Origin: Vicinamibacterales bacterium
GTDB taxonomy: Bacteria > Acidobacteriota > Vicinamibacteria > Vicinamibacterales > 2-12-FULL-66-21
NCBI GenBank assembly: GCA_048594975.1
Contig: JBMDXQ010000085.1
Coordinates: 21,822 to 85,821 of the forward strand
DNA length: 64,000 bases
Reading direction: 5' to 3'
The translations under genes were made by a program, and so were the position numbers. Below are positions 37,810 through 46,298 of this stretch, in pieces (the stretch's first letter is position 1; each line of letters opens with the position of its first letter). The notes below the pieces were generated by a model. That model had not been told where the DNA came from. It made no database searches and saw only the letters and a program-made list of their open reading frames with translations.

Positions 37810-38265
37810 CTACATACCAAAGAACTCGCGGGCAGCGTCGAGGATCGTCTCGTCCACTTCCAGCGCCCCACGCTCTCGGGCGAATCGCTCGATGCCGGTC
37901 CGCGCCATCGGCCGGACGAACTCCGGAACCTTCGCGAGCCTCGCTTCCGCGGCGGCGGTCCAGCGCACGGGAATCGGCCCGGAGGCGTTGTCGGGTCGGG
38001 CCTCCGTTTCCGCGATCATCGCCGGGAACGGGCAGCCCGCGCCGGAGGCGCCCGTCGCCCCGGCACCCGCCGCCTGCCCGCCGTTCTCGGGCCCGATCCG
38101 CACGCCGAGCGACTGAACGATCTGGGTCTCGTAGGCGTTGGTGAGCATCGCCATCTCGTAGCCGCACTCCGGGCACGCGTAGACGACCGACAGCGAGCCG
38201 CGATCGGGCGGGCCGACGGTCTGCAGCTTCATCGGCGTGTCGCACGGGATACAGAGGAACTTCAT
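37810..38265 (-). CDS. Zn-ribbon-like + PCP_red-like domain protein
   Basis: CIPC...CPEC, GCPF, tail WTAAAEARLAKVPEFVRPMARTGIERFA. Confidence 0.82.
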   Translation of the reverse strand: MKFLCIPCDTPMKLQTVGPPDRGSLSVVYACPECGYEMAMLTNAYETQIVQSLGVRIGPENGGQAAGAGATGASGAGCPFPAMIAETEARPDNASGPIPVRWTAAAEARLAKVPEFVRPMARTGIERFARERGALEVDETILDAAREFFGM

Positions 38266-39185
38266 TCTGGAGGCTCCCTCTCGGGTCGCAGTTCGCTCAC
38301 AGCATGCGCGGAGGCTGGCGTGGACGCTTCCAGCCCGTCCAGCAATCGCTGTGCGATCTGATCCAGGGCGCGGCCGACCGGCGTTGCATCGTCCTGAAAA
38401 GGGATCCCTTGATCGCAGTGGCGCGCTAGCTCGGGATCGAACGGCACGGTCCCGAGACAGGGGATCCCGAGGTCCAACGGGCGGGACGGGCTGAACAGGG
38501 GTTTGACCGCCTTGCAGTCACGACAGTAGTAGCCGCTCATGTTCTCGACGTAGCCGAGGAGCCGATTCGGGCCCTTCGACACCGCGGCGACCGAGCGCGC
38601 GACCACGCCCCGTGCCACTTCGGAAGGGATCGTCACGAGCAGAAACGAGGTTCGCGGCCCGAGGAAATCGGCGTACTGGACGGTGCGGTCGGCTCCCGGC
38701 GGCAGATCGACCATCAGCAGGTCGAGCGGTCCCCAATCGAAGGACCCGAGGATCTCGCCGAGGAGCGCGAACTCCCTCGTGGCGCGCCACGTATGGGACT
38801 CTCCGCGCGCCGCGCTCTCGAAGTCGAGGGACTCGGACTCCGGGATGAGCGAGCCCATCGAGAACACCCCGAGCCCGTTCCTGGTCCTCGGGAGCGCGAC
38901 TCTCTGTCTGCCGGGCACGAACGGCGTCCTCTCGACGCCTGCCATGCGCGCCTGCGAGGGGCCGTTGAAGTCCGCGTCCAGGATCGCAATCCGCAGGCCG
39001 CGGGCGCGCAGCGCGCCCGCGATGTGCAGCGTCAGAGTGCTTTTGCCCACTCCTCCCTTGCCGGAGCCGACGGCCACCAGATGGCGCACTCTGGCGAGCC
39101 CGTCCGCGATGCGGGCGCGCTGTTCCGCGACCTGCTCGAGGATCCGGGATCCTCCGTCGCCGGAGATGTCGTGGTAGCTCTTCAC
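38262..39185 (-). CDS. mrp: Mrp/NBP35 family P-loop ATPase
   Basis: SGKGGVGKST; LDADFNGPS; DLPPG; ENMSGYYCRDC. Confidence 0.9.
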   Translation of the reverse strand: MKSYHDISGDGGSRILEQVAEQRARIADGLARVRHLVAVGSGKGGVGKSTLTLHIAGALRARGLRIAILDADFNGPSQARMAGVERTPFVPGRQRVALPRTRNGLGVFSMGSLIPESESLDFESAARGESHTWRATREFALLGEILGSFDWGPLDLLMVDLPPGADRTVQYADFLGPRTSFLLVTIPSEVARGVVARSVAAVSKGPNRLLGYVENMSGYYCRDCKAVKPLFSPSRPLDLGIPCLGTVPFDPELARHCDQGIPFQDDATPVGRALDQIAQRLLDGLEASTPASAHAVSELRPEREPPE

Positions 39186-39305
39186 CTTGGTGACGCTCCG
39201 GGGGTGATAGCTTACACCGTCCCGCGCCGGGAGCGGGTGATGTCTCGAACGACAGGACGCGACCAAGGGTGCTCGCTGGAGTAGCTTCTGGAGGGCAATC
39301 GCCCG

Positions 39306-41891
39306 CTACTGTTTCAGACCGACTTTCTCGAGCAGGGCGGTGAAGCGCGGGTGGCCCGCAAGGTCAGCCCACCGTGGCTCAACGGTGAGAAAAGTCAGAA
39401 GCAGGTCCCGTGCTTCGACGGCCTCTCCGAGCCGGTTCAGCGCCTCGTCGTGCTCGCCCAAGCCGAGATGGACGAGCGCAAGGTTCGACGGCGGGACATA
39501 GGCCTGCGCGGCTCTCGTTTTCAGCCGGTCGAGAATCGTGCGGGCCTCTTCTCGCCTCCCGCTGACCGCGAGCGTATAGCCTGCGGTGGCCGTCACCACC
39601 AGGGACCCACCCAGCTCGGTCGCCTTGTCGAACGCCAGGAGCGCCTCCCTATACATCCCCTTCCGTCCGTAAATCCGCCCCATCATGTTGTGCGTAAGCC
39701 ACAGCGCCGGGTCAAGCGGGAGAGTCTTCTGAAGGTGCGTGAGCGACTCGTCGTAGCGCCCTTCGTAATACAGGCACTGCGCGAAGAGGGCGTTGGCCAG
39801 GGCGGAGTGGGGCTCGTAGTCGAGCGCTCGTCTCATCTCCTGCAGTGCACGGGTGTGATCGCCGAGGTTCGAGAACAGGTGTCCGTAAAAGGTGTGCGCG
39901 GCCGGGTCCGGCCGATCGGACGCAATCGCGCGCCTGAACTCCTCCTCGGCGCCGCTCCAGTCCCAGTCGAACCAGAACTTGATGATGCCCATGGACACTC
40001 GCGCTTCCGAGAGACCGGGATCGATGGCGAGTGCGCGCTCAGCAGCGGTTCTCGCGTGCGGGAACGACTCCTTGGGCGCAACATCGCTCGTCATCGCCCG
40101 CAGAATGTACGCCTCGGCCAGCTTCGCGTAGGCCCGTCCGTAGCCCGGATCCAGCGTCACGGCCTCGCGAAGGTACTCGAGCCCTTTCCGTAGGTCACCC
40201 GGCGTGCGCCTCTGCACGTGGTATCGCCCCTTCGCGTACAGCTGATAGGCGGCAGGGAGTCTGGTGTCGTCGCCGCTGGCAAGCAGGGGCCGCGACGAGA
40301 AACCGAGCGCCTCCACGAGTTCGCGGGCGATCTCGGTCTGCAGCGTCAGGAGGTCACCGATCGGCCTGACGAACTGCCGCTTCCACAACCCCGTCCCGTC
40401 GGCGCTGCGCAGGAGTTCCAGCCGGACGATGACGGTATCAGCGCGGCGTTCGAGAGTCCCCGTCAGGACGGTGGCGACGCGCATCTCACGGCCGGCCTGT
40501 GCGGGTGACACGCCGAGCCGCTCGTAGCGGGCGGCCTCGCTCGCGGCTGCCTGACGGATGGAGGACACCTGCGCAAGCCGGCTTCGCAACGAGGCAGCGA
40601 TGCCGTCGGCCAGGTACTCGCCGTCGCGGATTTCCCCTGCGTTGTCGAGCGGCAAGACACCGATCGACGTAATGGCGGGAGTTTCGCGGCCGCGTCCCGC
40701 CACTGTCGCGAGATATGCCGTCGCCGAGACGACAACAAGCGCTGCGGCGCCGAGCCACGACAGCGTGCGCAGGGTTCCGAAGCGAGGGCGTCCGGCCCGC
40801 CCGCTGACCCTGGCGCCATCCCCGGGTAGATTCTCGAGCACGCGACGCAGCACGCGCAGATCGCGGACCAGGTCACTGCTCGTCGCGTAGCGATCCGCGC
40901 GATCGTGCGACAGCGCGCGAGTGACAATCGGCGCGAGCTCCGGCGCAAGGTGGGCGAGCTCGTCGAGCGCAGGCCGGCTTGCAGTCCCTAGCGGTCGCTC
41001 CCGTTCCGCGTTTGCGGCCGCTGGCGGCAGATGCCCGGTTGCCATCTCGTAGATGACAATTCCGAGACTCCACACGTCCGTGCGGGCATCGACGGTGAGA
41101 CCCTGGCGCTGCTCGGGAGACATGTACCCGGTCGTGCCGATCACCGTGCCTTCGGGTCCGGTGGATCCGGTCGGAGCGAGCGGATGTTCGCCACCTGTCC
41201 TCGTGGCGATGCCGAAGTCGAGGATCTTCACCAGGCCGTCGGCGCGCAGCATGACGTTGTCCGGCTTGATGTCGCGATGCACCACGCCCGCCTCGTGCGC
41301 CGCCGCCAGGCCCTCGGCGATCTGGAACGCGATGTTCACCACCTCGGGTGCGGGGATGGGTCCCTGCTTCAACCGCTCGCGCAACGTGATCCCGTCGGCG
41401 TAATCAGCTGCGATGAACCTCGTGCCCTTGTGCTCGCCGATCTCGTAGATCGTCACGATGTTGGGGTGGTTCAGGGCCGACGCCGCGAGCGCCTCGTGCC
41501 GGAAGGCCGCAATCCACTCCGAGTCCGCCAGATCCGGCCGCAGCACCTTCAGGGCGACGTTGCGCCCCAGCCTGGAATCGCGTGCGAGGTAGACGTCGCC
41601 CATGCCGCCGGCGCCAAGCGGGCGCAGGATCGCGTACGAACCAATCGTGCGCGGGATTCTGCGCGGTTCGCCTTCATCCGCCTCGGCGAGGGCGCGAGCT
41701 GCCAACTCCACGGCCGAGTGCTCCACGAACGCAGCCGACCGCTCGTCGTACTTCAGCAGCGCCTCGATCTCCTCGACGAGCTCGACATCGGCGTCGGCTT
41801 CGCTGCGAACGAACGCCGTCCTTTCGCACGCCGGCAACTCCAGCGCCGCGTGATAGATCCGTTCGATTCGAGTCCAGCGGTCGACAGTCAT
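39306..41891 (-). CDS. Ser/Thr protein kinase with TolB-like and TPR domains
   Basis: GAGGMGDVY, VALKVL, HRDIKPDN, DFG, YMSPEQ; SIGVLPL; C-terminal TPR-like repeats. Confidence 0.95.
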   Translation of the reverse strand: MTVDRWTRIERIYHAALELPACERTAFVRSEADADVELVEEIEALLKYDERSAAFVEHSAVELAARALAEADEGEPRRIPRTIGSYAILRPLGAGGMGDVYLARDSRLGRNVALKVLRPDLADSEWIAAFRHEALAASALNHPNIVTIYEIGEHKGTRFIAADYADGITLRERLKQGPIPAPEVVNIAFQIAEGLAAAHEAGVVHRDIKPDNVMLRADGLVKILDFGIATRTGGEHPLAPTGSTGPEGTVIGTTGYMSPEQRQGLTVDARTDVWSLGIVIYEMATGHLPPAAANAERERPLGTASRPALDELAHLAPELAPIVTRALSHDRADRYATSSDLVRDLRVLRRVLENLPGDGARVSGRAGRPRFGTLRTLSWLGAAALVVVSATAYLATVAGRGRETPAITSIGVLPLDNAGEIRDGEYLADGIAASLRSRLAQVSSIRQAAASEAARYERLGVSPAQAGREMRVATVLTGTLERRADTVIVRLELLRSADGTGLWKRQFVRPIGDLLTLQTEIARELVEALGFSSRPLLASGDDTRLPAAYQLYAKGRYHVQRRTPGDLRKGLEYLREAVTLDPGYGRAYAKLAEAYILRAMTSDVAPKESFPHARTAAERALAIDPGLSEARVSMGIIKFWFDWDWSGAEEEFRRAIASDRPDPAAHTFYGHLFSNLGDHTRALQEMRRALDYEPHSALANALFAQCLYYEGRYDESLTHLQKTLPLDPALWLTHNMMGRIYGRKGMYREALLAFDKATELGGSLVVTATAGYTLAVSGRREEARTILDRLKTRAAQAYVPPSNLALVHLGLGEHDEALNRLGEAVEARDLLLTFLTVEPRWADLAGHPRFTALLEKVGLKQ

Positions 41892-42466
41892 CCGGACTTG
41901 TTCTCAGTGAGCCATCGCAGCAACCACGACTTGGCCAGGCGGCAGTCCCGCTTCAGCGTCTCGGCCGAGACGCCGAGCACGAGCGCGGCCTCGTCAATCG
42001 ACAGACCGCCGAAGAACCGCAGCTCGATGGCCCGGCTCTTTCGCTCATCGACTTCCGCGAGCGCATTCAGCGCGTCGTCCAGCGCGACGAGGTCCTCGTC
42101 CGGCGCGTTCGCGACGAGCAGCGCCTCGTCGAGCGGAACCCGACGGTCCCCGCCGCCGCGCTTCCGGTATCCCTTTTCGCGGGCGAAATCCACCAGTACC
42201 CGGCGCATGATTCTCGCCGAGATGCCGAAGAAGTGCGCGCGATTCTGCCAGTCGATGCTTCGTGCGTCCACCAGCCGGATGTAAGCCTCGTGAATGAGCG
42301 CGGTCGTCTGGAGCGTGTGGCCAGCTCGCTCGCGGTGCATGTACCGCCTGGCCAGGCGATGCAATTCAGCGTGAACCAGGGGCACGAGCCGATCGAGGGC
42401 ACCGGGTTCGCCCGCGCTCCAGGCCTGGAGCAATGCCGTCACCCTGGGTGAGGTTCGCGTCCGCAC
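41888..42466 (-). CDS. ECF sigma factor (kinase-associated, TIGR02999-like)
   Basis: VTALLQAW...HTLQTTALIHEAY...RAHFF...LRFFGGLS; stop overlaps the kinase start. Confidence 0.92.
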   Translation of the reverse strand: MRTRTSPRVTALLQAWSAGEPGALDRLVPLVHAELHRLARRYMHRERAGHTLQTTALIHEAYIRLVDARSIDWQNRAHFFGISARIMRRVLVDFAREKGYRKRGGGDRRVPLDEALLVANAPDEDLVALDDALNALAEVDERKSRAIELRFFGGLSIDEAALVLGVSAETLKRDCRLAKSWLLRWLTENKSG

Positions 42467-42517
42467 GGCCCGCTTCGATGCGGATTATAGCGGTCGCACC
42501 ATGGGACCGGTCGGACC

Positions 42518-42568
42518 GGGGTCAGATCTCGATCTCCTGAACCCTTTCGAAGCTTGAGGTCTGGCCCC
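42518..42568. repeat. GGGGTCAGA...TCTGGCCCC palindromic repeat
   Basis: GGGGTCAGATCTCGA / TTGAGGTCTGGCCCC imperfect IR; all three mismatches are G-U compatible. Confidence 0.55.
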
Positions 42569-42659
42569 AGAGCAACTCGCCGGGTTACCCGTTTGTCGGC
42601 GAATTCCCGCATTCACTCCCTACAAGGTACCGGCCGCGAGCGACCGGGAGGAGGAGACA

Positions 42660-43142
42660 GTGCGAGGAATTACGAAATTCGTGTTCACTAGCGCGCGCAC
42701 GATTGGGGTGAGTGCTCTGGTTGTGGCCGCGGTCGCGGCGGGTATACTAGCTGCGGGTTGCAGCCGGGCTCCGGCCAGTCCGACGGCCCCCGCCGCGCAC
42801 CCCACCGGCACGGCGGCGGCCACCGCTCAGGGCACGAGTCAAAGCTGGCAGGACTTTCAGGCGCACGGATGGAACTGCCGAACGCCGGGGGGCGGCCCCG
42901 TGACCGTGTGCAGCCCGCCGGGCCAGCCCCTTCCGACACCCGCGTTTCCACCTGATGAGCCGCCCGACGATCGGCCCCCTACCGTCATGTTGAAGCGATG
43001 GCGGGATGGCGTCTTCGAGGCGAACGTTCTGTTGATCAGGCCCGAACTCTACAACGGCCAACTCTGCGAGCCTACGGATGAGCCGTATGTCTGGGCCGCG
43101 GTGCTTGGGTACTTCGAGTGCGCCCATCCAGCCGAGAAGTGA
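42660..43142 (+). CDS. Hypothetical lipoprotein
   Basis: SD GGAGGAGG; lipobox ILAAG-C; four further Cys residues. Confidence 0.75.
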   Translation: MRGITKFVFTSARTIGVSALVVAAVAAGILAAGCSRAPASPTAPAAHPTGTAAATAQGTSQSWQDFQAHGWNCRTPGGGPVTVCSPPGQPLPTPAFPPDEPPDDRPPTVMLKRWRDGVFEANVLLIRPELYNGQLCEPTDEPYVWAAVLGYFECAHPAEK

Positions 43143-43194
43143 AATCCAATCTGATGGGAAGAGCGACAGGCCGAGCTGTCGCTCTCCCGCGCTC

Positions 43195-44061
43195 CTATGC
43201 CGCCTGTGCGGTTGCCGCATAGAGCAGATGACGGGCGGCGGGTCGGAACCCGAGGGCCTCGAGAGACGCGGCTGGGATCTCGGCCGGATGCACCTTCGGG
43301 AACCGAAAGATCCCCTTGCCGAGTCGAGAAACCAGGAGCTTCAGTCTGGCTCCCCCGTCCTCGACGACCGAACGGAGTCCCACAATCCCTGGGCCCGGGT
43401 CGGAGCGTCCACTTATGTAGAGGATGAACGCCTCAATTCGTTCATCGGAAGCGACGGCGAGGCCGGCGATGTCGCCCTTCCTGGCCGCGAAGGTCTCGGC
43501 CGAGCGCTCCCAGGCCGCCTGTGAATGTGCCTCCCGGAGCAGATCGTTGGCGGCGAGGTCCTCAACCGTGACAGGGATCACGAACCGGGCAGCGGCCGAA
43601 CTGAAGTTCGGCCCTACGTCATCCAACGCGGCACGCTCCAGGACGTAGTCGGTGAGGACGGCTTCCTGAACGTATCCACAGGCCTCGAACAGTCCGCAGG
43701 CGGCAACGAACGCCTCGGGGACCTCGGCAACGATGCGGGTTGGGCCAAGAATCGCCAGCTTCGACCCGAGCGAGGCGAGCAGGTGACGGGCATGACCCTG
43801 CCGCAGGTGATCCGGATGGACGGCGATCTTGTGAACGAGAGTAGCTGAAGGCCGCTTCGCGCCGATCAGAACGCCGATCGGATCGCTGCCCGAAAAGGCG
43901 ACCATGCAGCTGCTGCACCAGACCTGCAGGTCGCGGATCGACCGTTTGAACGAGGCGGGCGTCTCGCGCGGTTGGTCGGGAAAGTACGGCGCCCAGCAGC
44001 GGTTCAGCGCCTCGACGAGCAGCCCGATGTCGTCCGTGCGGCAGAAGCGGTAAGCAGACAC
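43195..44061 (-). CDS. GNAT family acetyltransferase
   Basis: IAVHPDHLRQGHARHL (acetyl-CoA motif A); LFEACGY; a second GNAT-like half ending LEALGF. Confidence 0.8.
   Translation of the reverse strand: MSAYRFCRTDDIGLLVEALNRCWAPYFPDQPRETPASFKRSIRDLQVWCSSCMVAFSGSDPIGVLIGAKRPSATLVHKIAVHPDHLRQGHARHLLASLGSKLAILGPTRIVAEVPEAFVAACGLFEACGYVQEAVLTDYVLERAALDDVGPNFSSAAARFVIPVTVEDLAANDLLREAHSQAAWERSAETFAARKGDIAGLAVASDERIEAFILYISGRSDPGPGIVGLRSVVEDGGARLKLLVSRLGKGIFRFPKVHPAEIPAASLEALGFRPAARHLLYAATAQAA
43594..43617 (-). repeat. GTAG-type REP palindrome inside the GNAT CDS
   Basis: GTAG-GGCCGAAC-TTCA-GTTCGGCC, encoding VGPNFSSA. Confidence 0.75.
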
Positions 44062-44067
44062 GTGAAA

Positions 44068-44095
44068 ACGTGCGACGTGCGACGTGCGGCGTGCT
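44068..44095. repeat. Heptamer tandem repeat (ACGTGCG)x4
   Basis: acgtgcg acgtgcg acgtgcg gcgtgct between the USP and GNAT genes. Confidence 0.7.
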
Positions 44096-46121
44096 ACGCG
44101 TCGCTTCGCGGAGTGAGCGGGCTCACCTCGTTGAGATAGCCCCGTCCATTCCCGCCGGACGTCGCGGGCGCCGCCGAGACTGCCGCCGATGGACTCGCGC
44201 CCGGCCCGGAGTAGGTCGCAATCATCTCGGCCATCATCGTCTTGCCGATCTCGATGCCCTCCTCGACGAGCGCAAGGTCGATAGCCGCCGCGGCGCGCTC
44301 CCGAGCGAGCTCCTCGATCCGCTCTTGCGTCTTGCTGCGCATGAAACCGGCCGGCACGCGGAAGATCCGCTGCGCGGCCTCGTCCGTCCAGTCGAACGTC
44401 GAGATCAACGGGTTCTTTCGATCGTCGCGGGCGACGAGGCGCGCCTCGCTTCCGGCGCTGGTGCCCGCCTCCGCCACGGCCGCGGCGGGACTGAAGTCCC
44501 GCCCTACGACCGACGGGGCTTTGATGTCCAGCGCCGCCCCCGTCTCCTCCTCGATCACCTGCCGGGCGAAGTCGAGCGTAATCGCGTCCATCTTCATCAT
44601 CCGCGCGCGCTTTTCGACGCGCGCCTTGACGCGACGGCGCTGATAGGCGTTCTTCATGGTCCAGAGGCCCTTGCGAGCCTCCTCCGACCAGCGGAGCTTT
44701 CGGCCGTCGTACGTGGTCTCCTCCTGGAGACCGCCCTCCACCGCCGCGATCTTCTCGATCATCTCCTGCGAGATCACCTCGAAGTCCGTGCCGCCGCAGA
44801 CCGTGCACTTCACGGCGCCGCTCTGCGTGGCCGCGACGCCGCACGAACGGCACAGCGACACCGGGCCGGACTTCGCCCGCTCGAGCGCCACCGCCTCGGC
44901 CAACGCCTTCGTCGCGGAAGACGCGCTCTTCGGCATGAACCGATCCATCGCTTCATCGATTACCGCGCTCGTGACCACCGAATGCCCCTTCTCGAGCGCC
45001 AGTCGAAGGACCCCGGTACGGGCGATCCCCTTGACCTGATCGGGCACGTGCTTCATGCGCTCCTCGGCCTCGGGCGTCCATCGCACGGTCTCTTCGGCGC
45101 GCACGTCGAGCCGCGGCACCGCGAGGCGCGTGGAGAGCAGCACATCGCAGGGCGCGGCGCGGAGGATGTTCTCCACGTTGCTCCCCAGCCCCGTCTCGTC
45201 CGACGGGCTGTGCACGCCGATGCGCCCCAGCACGATCAGCCACGGGTTCGTCTTGCGCGCGTGGTCGAGGATCTTCTGGAAGGGCTTGCCGTCGAGGAGC
45301 GTCTTCGTGATCGCGACGCCCGCCTCGCTCGCCATCCGCTCGCCGACCTCGAGGTGCGACTGGTAGATCTGCGCGAGCCCGGTGTCGATGATCTCCTCGT
45401 GGAGCTGGTTCTGCTCTTCGAAGCGGAAGACCTTCGCCGCCTGCTCGGTGAGGACGTTGACGATGCCGTTGAAGACCGAGTAGTGGAGGTAGGGATCGTA
45501 CACGGCGATTGCCTCGACCTTCTTGCCGAAGGTGCGCGCCAGGTCGAGGGCGGTCATGAGCGCGCCGAACGACTGCGGGCTGCCGTCGACGCCGACCAGG
45601 ATCGTCTCCCGCTCCGGCTCGCCCGCCTCCGGCACGTGCTTGACGACCCAGACGTCGCGGTCGGCCTGGCGGGCGACGCGCTCGCACACCGAGCCGATGA
45701 CGCTGTCACGCGCGCGCCCGATCCCCAGCGCGCCGATCACCACCAGGTCGTGCGGCGAGCGAGACAGGTCCTTGAGGATTTCGACGTGATGCTTGCCGTC
45801 CATCATCCGCGGTTCGAACTGGAGTCCCGACTCGTTGCAGAGGCGCGACATGCCATCGAGGTAACTGTCGGAGATCAGCTTGAGGCCCATCGTGATGAGG
45901 CTGTCGTGGATCTTCCGCTGGCGCTCCAGTTCCACCTCGTCGATGTACTCCTCGGGCAGGGTGTACTCCATCTGCCGGAAGCGGTAGTCGTGCAGTCTGG
46001 CGGCATAGACATGGCACCCGACGAGCTTCGCGGAGTACGCCTTGCCCAGCCCCACGGCGCAGGCGATCGCTCGATTGGAGTGCTCCGAGTTGTCGACGGG
46101 AACGTAGATGCTCTTGTACAT
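44094..46121 (-). CDS. Tandem universal stress protein fused to a Zn-ribbon and three PCP_red-like domains
   Basis: MYKSIYVPVDNS...GSVCERV; ILVGVDGS...GSNVENI...PCDVL; CRSC..CTVC; three W-x2-EA helical repeats. Confidence 0.88.
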   Translation of the reverse strand: MYKSIYVPVDNSEHSNRAIACAVGLGKAYSAKLVGCHVYAARLHDYRFRQMEYTLPEEYIDEVELERQRKIHDSLITMGLKLISDSYLDGMSRLCNESGLQFEPRMMDGKHHVEILKDLSRSPHDLVVIGALGIGRARDSVIGSVCERVARQADRDVWVVKHVPEAGEPERETILVGVDGSPQSFGALMTALDLARTFGKKVEAIAVYDPYLHYSVFNGIVNVLTEQAAKVFRFEEQNQLHEEIIDTGLAQIYQSHLEVGERMASEAGVAITKTLLDGKPFQKILDHARKTNPWLIVLGRIGVHSPSDETGLGSNVENILRAAPCDVLLSTRLAVPRLDVRAEETVRWTPEAEERMKHVPDQVKGIARTGVLRLALEKGHSVVTSAVIDEAMDRFMPKSASSATKALAEAVALERAKSGPVSLCRSCGVAATQSGAVKCTVCGGTDFEVISQEMIEKIAAVEGGLQEETTYDGRKLRWSEEARKGLWTMKNAYQRRRVKARVEKRARMMKMDAITLDFARQVIEEETGAALDIKAPSVVGRDFSPAAAVAEAGTSAGSEARLVARDDRKNPLISTFDWTDEAAQRIFRVPAGFMRSKTQERIEELARERAAAAIDLALVEEGIEIGKTMMAEMIATYSGPGASPSAAVSAAPATSGGNGRGYLNEVSPLTPRSDA
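44484..44507 (-). repeat. GTAG-type REP palindrome inside the USP CDS
   Basis: GTAG-GGCGGGAC-TTCA-GTCCCGCC, encoding VGRDFSPA. Confidence 0.75.
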
Positions 46122-46136
46122 CGGGATCCTCTTTCA

Positions 46137-46285
46137 TCGGGGGACTTCATCCCCGAACCCCTTACCCGCTCGCTCGCGTCCTTCGACCTCGCTCAGGACG
46201 CCCTGAGCCTCGTCGAAAGCGCGGGGGCCTCAGGGCCCCCGCTCCGCTCGCGTGGCTCGCTCGCGGCGCTCGCTCGCGCGAAACT
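46137..46285. repeat. Composite multi-hairpin intergenic repeat
   Basis: TCGGGG..CCCCGA; TTCGAC-N3-GCTCAGG..CCTGAGC-N3-GTCGAA; GCGGGGGCC..GGCCCCCGC; (GCTC)n runs. Confidence 0.65.
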
Positions 46286-46298
46286 GGTTCAGGCACTC

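Noticed and set aside
36023-38265. RiPP cluster (SPASM radical SAM plus small peptide)
   Set aside because: The enzyme looks AhbD/NirJ-like, no RRE/PqqD, protease or exporter is adjacent, and the small ORF is a TM peptide rather than a leader-core precursor.
36322-46121. Photosynthesis or chlorophyll synthesis implied by PCP_red domains
   Set aside because: Only the small accessory domain is present; no bchL/N/B or other bch genes were seen.
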